This document shows, in pieces, positions 18,067 to 26,698 of a stretch of 64,000 nucleotides of DNA. The position numbers and the translations under genes are program-made. The stretch spans positions 253,460 through 317,459 of the forward strand of contig CAWHWM010000004.1 in NCBI GenBank assembly GCA_963833055.1. Direction: 5' to 3'. Below the pieces are notes generated by a model. The model was given only the letters and a program-made list of their open reading frames with translations. It was not told the DNA's origin and made no database searches. Position 1 is the first letter of the stretch. The number at the start of each line of letters is the position of its first letter. Source of the DNA: Candidatus Dormiibacterota bacterium (GTDB lineage Bacteria; Chloroflexota; Dormibacteria; Aeolococcales; Aeolococcaceae).

Positions 18067-20553
18067 TCAGGCGGTGGCGTCCCGCCTGATCATGTCGGGC
18101 TCGGGTCCCAGGGTCACGAGCGAGAGCTGCACCTGGTCGCGTCCGCCGCGTTTGGCCTGGTACATGGCCACGTCGGCGGCCCGGATGAGGTCCTCGAGAC
18201 GTGCCCCCTGGTCGGGAAAGCTGGCGATCCCGATCGACGCGGTGACGTGGTCGATGCCCGTGCATGCAGCGGGTATCGGCACATTGCGCAGGGCTCTGCG
18301 AAGCTCGCCCGCGACCCGGGTGGCGCCCGCCGCGGCAGCGTCGCGGAGCACGAGGACGAACTCCTCGCCGCCAAGGCGGACGGCTGCGTCGCCCGCGCGC
18401 GTGATGCGCCGCAATTCGGCGGCGACACGCTGGAGCACGGCGTCGCCCGCCGCGTGGCCGCCGGTGTCGTTGATCGTCTTGAAGTGATCGAGGTCCACAA
18501 GGATCACGCTCAGCGGCATGTCACGGCGCTTGCTGTCAGCGATCTCGGACTCGCCCGCCTCACGAAGCCAGCGGCTGTTGTACAGACCGGTCAGGCTGTC
18601 CGTGGACGCACGCCTCGCGAGCTCCTGATACAGCTGCGCGTTGTGCCACGCCATCGCGGCCGTGTGTGCGAACAGCGTCGCCGTTTCAAGGTCCTCATCG
18701 GTGAATCGATTGAGGCCCATGCGCCTGCAGTTGAGCATGCCGAGCTTGTGGTCGCCGGCGAGCAGCGGGATGAGCAGCAGCGACTCGTGCTCGAACGGGG
18801 TGTTGGGGACGGCGGCAGCAGCCGGATGCGCGCCTGCATTGCCGAGATTCTGTGGCGTGCCCAGTGCAAACGCCCAGCCATTGACCCCGACCGACAGCGA
18901 GAACACGTCGGCCATGATCTCCGCGGCCTGACGCCCGGTCGCGAACGCGGCGACGAAGCGATGCTGGTTGTGATCCGCCTCGTAGATCGAAAGGTCGTCG
19001 ACCGGCACGACGCGTTGCAACTGTTCAGCGATTGCCGCGAGGATGCGCTGCGGATCGTGCTCAGCCTGCAGTGCCAGCGCTGCACGGCTCAGCGCGTGCG
19101 GCAGGCTCTCCGGTGCGGGCAGCGCCGGGTGCGGGCGCCTGCGAGGTGACTCGTGAACCGGGACGATATCGACGGTTGCCGGGAAGCTCTCGACCCGGCG
19201 TGTCGCGAACCACGAGGCCGGGACCATCGTTGCTCCCTGGACCGCCGGCTCGCCCAGGATCACCGGTTCGCACAGCACGTTGCCCTGACCGAACTGCACC
19301 CCGAGGTCCATGAGGCTCTTGAGGTCTGCCTCGGTCTCCACACCCTCGGCGATGATGCGGGCGTTGATGTGCGTTCCGAACGACAGCAGCGAGACGACGA
19401 GCGCGCGGCGCGAGTCGCTGGAGTGGACGCCACAGATGAGGTCGCGGTCGATCTTGATGAAGTCCGGGCGGACCTCGGCGATCACGAGCATGCTCGCGTG
19501 CCCGGCGCCGGCGTCATCGATCGCGATACGGAACCCCCGGGAGCGCAGGTCGGCGACGACGCGGCGCAGCCGGGCGACGTTGGGAACCGGCACGCGCTCG
19601 CTGATCTCGAGGACGACATGCGCGGGATCGACCCCCGCGTCCTGCGCGAACTGGGCGAGACGCAATGCCGCATTCGGCTGCGCCAAGGTTGGCAGCATCA
19701 CGTTGAGGAACAGCGTCGCCGGCAACGTGTGCGCGCTCCCCTCGAGGCCGGCGCGGATGCACGCCTCATCGAGCTCCTTCTCCATGGACCCACCGGCCGC
19801 GTCGAAGAGCGCGCTCGGCACCTGCGGTCCGGCACCGGGGTTGATGCGGCAGAGCAACTCGTAGCCGAGGGTGACGCCATCGAGCAGCCGGACGATCGGC
19901 TGCATGGCGGGGCGAATACCGCCGGATTCGATCAGCGCACGGACGAGGTCCGGCGTGGTGCCCGTCTCGTCCTCCACCGTCGGATTGGGGCTGCCGGCGC
20001 TCCCGAGGCGCCGCCATGCGGGGCCGACCTGCGCCGCGACCACCTGCAGAAAGGGCAGCGCGTCGGCGCCTCCCGGCTCGCTCCGCCAAGTGATCAGCAC
20101 GGCGAGCAGGTCGTCGCCGCGTTCGACCGGGACTGCGGTGAACGGCCCGGAGCCCAGCTCCAGGCGCAGCGCGGCACGCTCACCTGCCGAAAGGTGCGGG
20201 ACCAGGCTCATGAGTGATGCCGAGAGATCCATGCCGGTCGCGGGCGAACGGTTGACGGCAGCTGCATGGATGAACGGGATGACGCTGGTTCGAAGGTTGA
20301 GGCTCGTGAGCGGCTGTCCGAGGATCGTCTCGATGCGGGCGATCAACTCCGTCTCGATGTGATCGGCGACCAGCCGGACGCGGTCGCCCTCCAGCTCGGC
20401 GAGATAGCTGCGGAATCCGAGGTCGCGGAGGCAGCCGCCGGTGAGCTCGAGCAGTTCGTCGCGCGACTCGGCGCGTGCCAGGCTGCGGCTCAGCCGCGAG
20501 AGCGTTCCCAACGCGCGGCGCGACGAGTACGCGCGCGCCTTCTCCTGTTGCAT
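18067..20553 (-). CDS. GAF-EAL-GAF-GGDEF protein; EAL and GGDEF motifs look intact
   Basis: YELLCR, FLNV, LEISE, IDDAGAG, IKIDR, AEGVET, GQG; RAGD I-site plus RLGGEEF. Start is ATG 20553 or further upstream. Confidence 0.92.
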   Translation of the reverse strand: MQQEKARAYSSRRALGTLSRLSRSLARAESRDELLELTGGCLRDLGFRSYLAELEGDRVRLVADHIETELIARIETILGQPLTSLNLRTSVIPFIHAAAVNRSPATGMDLSASLMSLVPHLSAGERAALRLELGSGPFTAVPVERGDDLLAVLITWRSEPGGADALPFLQVVAAQVGPAWRRLGSAGSPNPTVEDETGTTPDLVRALIESGGIRPAMQPIVRLLDGVTLGYELLCRINPGAGPQVPSALFDAAGGSMEKELDEACIRAGLEGSAHTLPATLFLNVMLPTLAQPNAALRLAQFAQDAGVDPAHVVLEISERVPVPNVARLRRVVADLRSRGFRIAIDDAGAGHASMLVIAEVRPDFIKIDRDLICGVHSSDSRRALVVSLLSFGTHINARIIAEGVETEADLKSLMDLGVQFGQGNVLCEPVILGEPAVQGATMVPASWFATRRVESFPATVDIVPVHESPRRRPHPALPAPESLPHALSRAALALQAEHDPQRILAAIAEQLQRVVPVDDLSIYEADHNQHRFVAAFATGRQAAEIMADVFSLSVGVNGWAFALGTPQNLGNAGAHPAAAAVPNTPFEHESLLLIPLLAGDHKLGMLNCRRMGLNRFTDEDLETATLFAHTAAMAWHNAQLYQELARRASTDSLTGLYNSRWLREAGESEIADSKRRDMPLSVILVDLDHFKTINDTGGHAAGDAVLQRVAAELRRITRAGDAAVRLGGEEFVLVLRDAAAAGATRVAGELRRALRNVPIPAACTGIDHVTASIGIASFPDQGARLEDLIRAADVAMYQAKRGGRDQVQLSLVTLGPEPDMIRRDATA

Positions 20554-20703
20554 TGCAATCGCAGGATCGGATGCGCCGTCAGCGGACCCGATGACGAGGT
20601 TGTCGCAGGGCGACATCAATAGGCGTCCGTGATGGGTGTACGCCGATTGCGGCGCCCCGCGTTACTACCCCGTCACCGCTTGGGATGGCGGTGCGTCGCA
20701 GTG

Positions 20704-20746
20704 GTCTTAAGACAATCTCCCTACCGTCAAAGGGGCACCGTCAAAG
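20704..20746. promoter_or_regulatory. Palindrome plus direct repeats upstream of the secreted peptide gene
   Basis: GTCTTAAGAC palindrome (20704-20713); ACCGTCAAAG at 20723-20732 and 20737-20746, abutting the GAGGAGG RBS. Confidence 0.45.
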
Positions 20747-20758
20747 AGGAGGATCGAC

Positions 20759-20893
20759 ATGGGGAGACTGAACCGCTGGGTCAGGCTGGGGATCGTGGTC
20801 TTCGTCGCCAGTCTCACGTTGGGGACCGCGACGATTGCAGCGCACGCGGCGCCGCTGAACGACACGCCGCAAGCACTGGTGCACGTGCACTAG
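20759..20893 (+). CDS. 44-aa secreted micropeptide precursor (absent from the ORF track)
   Basis: GAGGAGG RBS; MGRLNRWVR-LGIVVFVASLTLGTATIA-AHA|APLNDTPQALVHVH, i.e. a Sec signal peptide plus a 14-aa tail. Confidence 0.75.
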   Translation: MGRLNRWVRLGIVVFVASLTLGTATIAAHAAPLNDTPQALVHVH

Positions 20894-20949
20894 CACCATT
20901 CGGACCAGACGGGGTGTGCCGCTGAACCGCGAGCACCCCAGGTGAGATC

Positions 20950-21000
20950 GGAGCGAGTCGCGGACGCCGCCACCACCGCCGGGTGGTGGCGTCCCGCTCC
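20950..21000 (+). terminator. Strong hairpin after the micropeptide gene
   Basis: GCCACCACC-GCCG-GGTGGTGGC (20969-20990) with outer GGAC/GTCC and GGAGCG/CGCTCC pairs; no U-tract. Confidence 0.55.
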
Positions 21001-21160
21001 TCCGTCAGGAGAGGAACCGTGCAGTTCGTGATCGGTGTCACCGCCGGCAATGTCAGGAGCGCACGTGAAGACGCACAGGCAACCGACACCGATTCGTCTG
21101 ATGCTCGGTGCGAAGGTGTGACGTGGTCGACCGAGGAACGGTGCCGATCGGGAAACCAAT

Positions 21161-23032
21161 GTGGGGGATAGCTTGAAAGTCGCAGTCATGGGCAGTGCCG
21201 CAGCCGACCATGCCGTGAAACCGGCAGGGCCGGGTGTCGCGCTGCAGCCCGTCATCGACCTCATCGACCGCGTCGATCTGGGGTATGAGGCGCTGCCACG
21301 CCCGTCCGACCTGGAAGCACGGCAGGCCATCGCCGCGGCACTGACGCTTGCCCAGCACACCGGTCCCGCGGTGCTCCTCGTCCCCCTGTCTCGTGAAGTG
21401 CTGGCCGCGGCCGACCTCGATCTCACGGCACTCGCCGCCCGCCACGGTGTCAATCCGAGTGAGCTCGCCTGGATGGTCGAGAGCGAGGCGGATACCGACA
21501 TCGATGACGCGGGCCTCTCGCGCCTGCGCGACCTGCGTGAGCTCGGGTTCCTGCTCGCGGTGGACAGGGTGATGTCACCGACCCTCGATCGGCGCCTGAT
21601 CGCCGAGCTCCGGCCGGACTTCGTCTTCCTCGACCCGACTGTCGCGGCACGTCTCCAGGAGAACGAGGTGGCCAAGGCCCATCTCGCCGCGGCTGTCGTG
21701 TTCGTGGCACGGCTCGGCGGCCGGATCGTCGCCCGCGGCATCGACAGCAAGGCCACGGCGTCGGCGATGGCCGACCTCGGCGTCCAGTACGGAGTGGGCC
21801 CGCATCTCGCGCATCCGCTCGTTGTCGACGCCGCGCTTGCCGAGGCCACCGACGAGGTGGTGCCCGTCGCCTGGTTCCAGCGCCGCGAGGTGCGCGTGTT
21901 CCGCGAGCGCGGTGACACGCTGAGCGCACCGATCGAGATGGCACCGCTGACGCTTGCCGGGCCGACCGTGCTCGACGACCGTGGCTTTGCCCGGTTCCTG
22001 GTGGACGCCGCTCGCACGCTGCAGGCGGAGCACGACCCGGATCGAATTCTCGAGATCGCCGCTGACCGCATCGCGCGGTTGATGGCCGTCGACCGGCTCG
22101 CGATCTTCGAGGCCGACTGGGAGCGGCACAAATTCCGGCCGCGGGTGCTCGCGGGCATCGGGACGCAGGGATTCCTCGAGATGGAGGTGTCGCTCAACGA
22201 AGGCATCACCGGGTGGGCATTCGCTCGCGGGCAGCCATACCGGTGCGCCGACACCAACTCGCATCCGGCCGCGTCCACGATCCCGGGCACCGCGCGCGAG
22301 CCGGAGTCACTGCTGGCGATCCCGCTCGTCGCCGGCGATCAGCGCCTCGGCGTGCTCGACGTGTGGCGCGACGGTCTTGACGCCTTCTCCGAGGAGGATC
22401 TCGAGCGGTGCGCGCTGCTCGGTTTCGTCACGGCGGCTGCGTGGAGCAACGCTCACATGTACGGCGAGTTGGAGCGACGCGCGCTGACCGATGCGCTGAC
22501 CGGTCTCTTCAACATCCGCTGGTGGCGCGACATGGGGCCACGCGTCATGGCGCAGAGCCTGCGCACCGGGGCCGGTGTCGGCGTCCTGCTGATGGATCTC
22601 GACCATTTCAAGCAGGTCAACGACAGTGCCGGGCACGCCGCCGGCGACTCGGTGCTGCGCGCCGTCGCGCGCGCCATCCGTCGCGTGGTGCGCGACAGCG
22701 ACTACGCGGTGCGGTACGGCGGCGAGGAATTCCTCATCGTGCTCACCAACTCCACCGTCGAAGGCGCGATGCGTGTCGCACAGGCGCTGCAGGAGGCCAT
22801 CGCGGAGCTTCGGCCACCGGCGTCAGACGTCAAGCGGGTGACGGCCTCGATCGGCGTTGCTGTGTTCCCGGATCACGGCCAGGAGCTCGACGACGTGGTT
22901 GCGGCTGCGGATCACGCGATGTACCAGGCCAAACGCGACGGACGGGATCGCATCGCGGTGGCGCCGATCTCGCTTCGCGAACTGGCGGGCGACGATCCGT
23001 CAGCTGAACCGCTCCGCGGGCCGCTCGACTGA
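21161..23032 (+). CDS. Degenerate-EAL-GAF-GGDEF diguanylate cyclase; start uncertain
   Basis: YEALPR is present but DDFG is replaced by DRVM and EGVE by RGID; RDSD I-site plus RYGGEEF intact. Confidence 0.9.
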   Translation: MGDSLKVAVMGSAAADHAVKPAGPGVALQPVIDLIDRVDLGYEALPRPSDLEARQAIAAALTLAQHTGPAVLLVPLSREVLAAADLDLTALAARHGVNPSELAWMVESEADTDIDDAGLSRLRDLRELGFLLAVDRVMSPTLDRRLIAELRPDFVFLDPTVAARLQENEVAKAHLAAAVVFVARLGGRIVARGIDSKATASAMADLGVQYGVGPHLAHPLVVDAALAEATDEVVPVAWFQRREVRVFRERGDTLSAPIEMAPLTLAGPTVLDDRGFARFLVDAARTLQAEHDPDRILEIAADRIARLMAVDRLAIFEADWERHKFRPRVLAGIGTQGFLEMEVSLNEGITGWAFARGQPYRCADTNSHPAASTIPGTAREPESLLAIPLVAGDQRLGVLDVWRDGLDAFSEEDLERCALLGFVTAAAWSNAHMYGELERRALTDALTGLFNIRWWRDMGPRVMAQSLRTGAGVGVLLMDLDHFKQVNDSAGHAAGDSVLRAVARAIRRVVRDSDYAVRYGGEEFLIVLTNSTVEGAMRVAQALQEAIAELRPPASDVKRVTASIGVAVFPDHGQELDDVVAAADHAMYQAKRDGRDRIAVAPISLRELAGDDPSAEPLRGPLD

Positions 23033-24217
23033 GGGAGGCAGGCCGAGCGCGTCGCTGAACTTCACGCGGCCGCCGACGCGCAGCACCGAGTTCCGATAGA
23101 TACGTCCAGCGGCCGCCGCAAACAGCACGATGGTTCCGCCGACCAGCACCACGCTGACGGCGACCTGCCAGAACGGCGCCACCCCGGCCGCGATCCGCAC
23201 CGGCATGATGACCGGCGAGAAGACCGGGATGAACGAGAGGACCGTGGTCCCGACAGCGGTGGGAGACGGCGCCGCGACGGTGAGCGCGAGGATCCATCCT
23301 GCGACCAGAGCGAGGGTCACCGGCATGGCCACGCTGGCCACGTCCTCCTGCCGCGACACCATCGAGCCGACGGCCGCGTAGAGCAGCGCATACATCATGT
23401 AGCCCAGCACGAACCACACGATGCCGCTGATGACGACGTCAACACCGAGTGTGGGGATCGATACCAGCTTGGTGGCGCTGGCGAGCACGAGGGCGACCGC
23501 CGCGACGAGCACGACCTGCACCAGTGCGATCAGGCCGATGCCGATGATCTTGCCCACCATGAGCTGCCACGGCCGCACCGTCGCGAGGAGGATCTCGACG
23601 ATGCGGTTCGACTTCTCTTCAATGACGCCTGCCGCGACGAGCTGGCCGTAGATGACCATCGTGACGTAGAGAACGCCCGCGACGAGGAGGCCGATGACGA
23701 TCTGCTGGATCCGCGCCGCATTGACGGGCGAGAGCTCGTGGACGCCCACCGAGAAGTTGAGCTGATTCAAGAGGTCGCTCGGGGGAAGGTTGTGCTGCGT
23801 CAGATAGTCCGTGAGGATCTGCTGTCGCGTCTGGTCGTTGAGCGCCGTCTCCAGGGTGGGATCGACGGCTGACTGCACCGCCACAACCGTGTTGGCGCCG
23901 GTCCCGCTGACCAGCGCGTCGAGCGTGCCGCTCTGCAGATCCGCCGTTCCGGCGGCAAGGGACGCGTACGGGTGCACGTCGATGGTTTCCCCTGCCGCAG
24001 CGGCCTCGGCACGCACAGGCGCCGAGATCGACTGGGCCGATCCGACGAACCCCACCTCCAAAGACGTCGCGGATTTGTTGAAAACGTATGCCTGGAGCAG
24101 GATGTATGCCCCGATGCCGACGATGGTCAGCACCGTGGTGATCCCAAAGACGCGCGTTCGAATGCGGGACATGAACTCACGCATCGCGATCACCCGGATC
24201 AACGCCTGACTACTCAT
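23000..24217 (-). CDS. ABC-2 type exporter permease (NatB-like)
   Basis: IAMREFMSRIR, GVIEEKSNRIVEILL, LMVGKIIG, SFIPVFSPVIMPVR. Confidence 0.9.
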   Translation of the reverse strand: MSSQALIRVIAMREFMSRIRTRVFGITTVLTIVGIGAYILLQAYVFNKSATSLEVGFVGSAQSISAPVRAEAAAAGETIDVHPYASLAAGTADLQSGTLDALVSGTGANTVVAVQSAVDPTLETALNDQTRQQILTDYLTQHNLPPSDLLNQLNFSVGVHELSPVNAARIQQIVIGLLVAGVLYVTMVIYGQLVAAGVIEEKSNRIVEILLATVRPWQLMVGKIIGIGLIALVQVVLVAAVALVLASATKLVSIPTLGVDVVISGIVWFVLGYMMYALLYAAVGSMVSRQEDVASVAMPVTLALVAGWILALTVAAPSPTAVGTTVLSFIPVFSPVIMPVRIAAGVAPFWQVAVSVVLVGGTIVLFAAAAGRIYRNSVLRVGGRVKFSDALGLPPSVERPAERFS

Positions 24218-25133
24218 CGATCGGCTCATCGGTCGTCGTGCCACTCATGACATCGCGGAACAGTTGAGTCAACGCCGGACGATCGCGCCGGAACTCGTGC
24301 ACCGGGCCGGTGGCAAGCGCGACGCGGAGCACCGCCTGGTCGTCTGTGCCGTCCGCAAACTGGAGCAACCAGCGCGTGCCGTCCTGTTCGACGAGCGTCG
24401 CTCCGGCGATGCTGCTGTACCAGCCGGCCGCGGCGCCCGGCGCGTCGACCCAGAAGCGCAACGGACCGCGCTCGGTGAGCTCATCGACAGTTCCCAAGGC
24501 GACCATCTGTCCGTGGTTGATGATCCCGACGCGGTCGCAGACCCGCTCGACGATGTCGAGCTGGTGACTCGAGAGCACCACCGGCTTCCCTGAGTCCGCC
24601 TCGGCTCGCAGCACTTCGGTCATCGAGTCGACCGCCACGGGGTCGAGCCCGGCGAACGGTTCGTCGAGGATGAGCAGCTCAGGCGAGAACACGAGCGCCG
24701 CGGCAAGCTGCACACGTTGCTGGTTGCCATGGCTGAGGCTCTGGAGCTGGCTCTTTGCGCGGTCGGCGAGGCCGAGCCGCTCGAGCAAAGCGGTCGACGC
24801 ATCGCGTGCGGCTGCTCGCTTGAGCCCGTGCAACTGCGCGAAGTACTCGAGCTGTGCCAGAACGGCCATCTTCGGATAGAGCCCGCGGTCCTCGGGGATG
24901 TACCCGATGCGCTGCCGGTCCGCGAACGTGATCGGGGCGCCGTCCCAGATGACACTGCCGGAATCAGCCTCCAGGACACCGAGCACCACGCGCATCGTGG
25001 TGGTTTTGCCGGCGCCATTGGCGCCGACGAAGCCGAAGATCTCACCCGGTTGTACGGTGAAGCTGAGATCACGAAGGGCCTGGAGCTGGCCGTAACGCTT
25101 CGTGAGGTGGGTAAGTTCCAGCACGGCATGCAT
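24210..25133 (-). CDS. ABC transporter ATP-binding protein with DUF4162-like tail
   Basis: GANGAGKTT, LSHGNQQ, ILDEPFAGLDP, SSH. Confidence 0.93.
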   Translation of the reverse strand: MHAVLELTHLTKRYGQLQALRDLSFTVQPGEIFGFVGANGAGKTTTMRVVLGVLEADSGSVIWDGAPITFADRQRIGYIPEDRGLYPKMAVLAQLEYFAQLHGLKRAAARDASTALLERLGLADRAKSQLQSLSHGNQQRVQLAAALVFSPELLILDEPFAGLDPVAVDSMTEVLRAEADSGKPVVLSSHQLDIVERVCDRVGIINHGQMVALGTVDELTERGPLRFWVDAPGAAAGWYSSIAGATLVEQDGTRWLLQFADGTDDQAVLRVALATGPVHEFRRDRPALTQLFRDVMSGTTTDEPIDE

Positions 25134-25904
25134 CTTCGCCGATTCGCACCAGACCGACACGACCACTTCCGCAAGGTCCCGGATGTCACTGCCGGATTCT
25201 GGGTGACCAAGGTGTTGACGACCGGGATGGGGGAGGCGACCTCGGACACCCTCGTGCACCAGCTCCCTCCGGTCGTCGCCGTGGCGCTCGGCGCCATCGC
25301 ATTGGCGATCGCGCTGGTCCTGCAATTTGCAGCCACGCGGTATCGCCCCTGGATCTACTGGCTCGCCGTCGTCATGGTTGCTGTGTTCGGCACCATGGCC
25401 GCGGACGCCATTCACATCGAGCTCGGGGTGCCGTACGTCCTCTCGACGGCTGCGTTCACCGTCGTGCTCGGGGTGGTGTTCATCGCGTGGTATTCGAGCG
25501 AGCACACGCTGTCGATCCACTCCATCACCACACCGCGGCGCGAAGCCTTCTACTGGTTGACGGTGATCTCCACCTTCGCGCTCGGCACCGCCGTGGGAGA
25601 CATGACGGCGACGACATTCCACCTCGGATATCTCGTGTCCGGCGTGGCGTTCACGATCCTGATCGCCGTACCGGCCATCGCCCATCGATGGTTCGGCCTG
25701 AACGCGATCTTCGCGTTCTGGTTCGCGTACATCGTGACGCGCCCGCTCGGCGCCTCATTCGCCGACTGGCTCGGCGTGTCGCATGCGCGCGGCGGCCTGA
25801 ACTTCGGCTCGGGAACCGTGAGCATCGCATCCACGGTTCTGATCGTCATCGCCGTCGCGCTGCTTGCCGCGACCAATCGCGCGCCGGCAGTGGCGCAGGC
25901 CTGA
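25128..25904 (+). CDS. COG4705 / DUF347-repeat membrane protein
   Basis: KVPDVTAGFWVTKVLTTGMGEATSD, EAFYW...TFALGTAVGD, FWFAYIVTRPLGASFADW. Confidence 0.85.
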   Translation: MHLRRFAPDRHDHFRKVPDVTAGFWVTKVLTTGMGEATSDTLVHQLPPVVAVALGAIALAIALVLQFAATRYRPWIYWLAVVMVAVFGTMAADAIHIELGVPYVLSTAAFTVVLGVVFIAWYSSEHTLSIHSITTPRREAFYWLTVISTFALGTAVGDMTATTFHLGYLVSGVAFTILIAVPAIAHRWFGLNAIFAFWFAYIVTRPLGASFADWLGVSHARGGLNFGSGTVSIASTVLIVIAVALLAATNRAPAVAQA

Positions 25905-25907
25905 GGG

Positions 25908-26687
25908 TCAGAAACCGGGAAAGACGGAGCGCAAGCGGTCGAGATCGACGCCGTCTGCCTGCACCGAAGCAGGTGTGTGCTCGGGGTCGAGCCGTCCATA
26001 TACCAGGCGGACCAGAGCCTCGCCCGGCATGCGCACCTTGGCTGTCGCGGGGCCGGCTGCGTCGCCCGCGGGACGCAGCGCCACCTTCTCTGCGACAGAG
26101 AGACGGTATTCCCGGTCCGGATCGGTTGTGGTGATGTCGACCTCGATCGGTCCGCCCGCGTTCGATCCAGAGCGGCCTGCGACCGCGTCCAGGTTATCGA
26201 TCATGAAGGCGACGGCATCCGGCGCAACCTCGGCGGACGGGTCCCGAATGACGATCACGTCCCACGTGTGAATTGCGTGCTCGGACAGGCGCATCGCGAG
26301 CAGACGGCCCGCATCGGCAGGCGCTCCGAACAGGTGCATCTGCAGCGCGTCGAGTTGCTCGGCCGGCACGGCGTCAACGCGCTGCAGGAACGCCGAGTCG
26401 GCGACGAGGCTGGATTTCGCCTGCTCGTCCGGGCTCATCGCGTTCCAGACATCCCAGATCTTCGAGAACTCGTCGCGCCCCGGCGCTTCCGTGCCCGCGA
26501 GTCCCGCATCGAGGAGCAGACCGAAGATCTGTGCGCCACTGCCGATATGCGAGAGCACCTGCGCCGTGGACCAGTCACTGCAGTACGAGGGTCCGGTGAT
26601 CTCCGCCTCGGTGAGCGGTTGTGTCGCGGCGTCAAGGCGATGGTGTGATGCCCACAGCGCGGAGAGCCGATCGGTGTTGGTGCTCAT
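25908..26687 (-). CDS. MDMPI / maleylpyruvate isomerase family protein
   Basis: PSYCSDWSTAQVLSHIGSG, EHAIHTWD; GAGG RBS upstream of ATG 26687. Confidence 0.85.
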   Translation of the reverse strand: MSTNTDRLSALWASHHRLDAATQPLTEAEITGPSYCSDWSTAQVLSHIGSGAQIFGLLLDAGLAGTEAPGRDEFSKIWDVWNAMSPDEQAKSSLVADSAFLQRVDAVPAEQLDALQMHLFGAPADAGRLLAMRLSEHAIHTWDVIVIRDPSAEVAPDAVAFMIDNLDAVAGRSGSNAGGPIEVDITTTDPDREYRLSVAEKVALRPAGDAAGPATAKVRMPGEALVRLVYGRLDPEHTPASVQADGVDLDRLRSVFPGF

Positions 26688-26698
26688 GTGTTCCTCGT

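Noticed and set aside
21060-21160. c-di-GMP-I riboswitch upstream of the cyclase (GCACAGGCAACC)
   Set aside because: No GAAA tetraloop/receptor and no GACGCAAA segment; only a short chance match.
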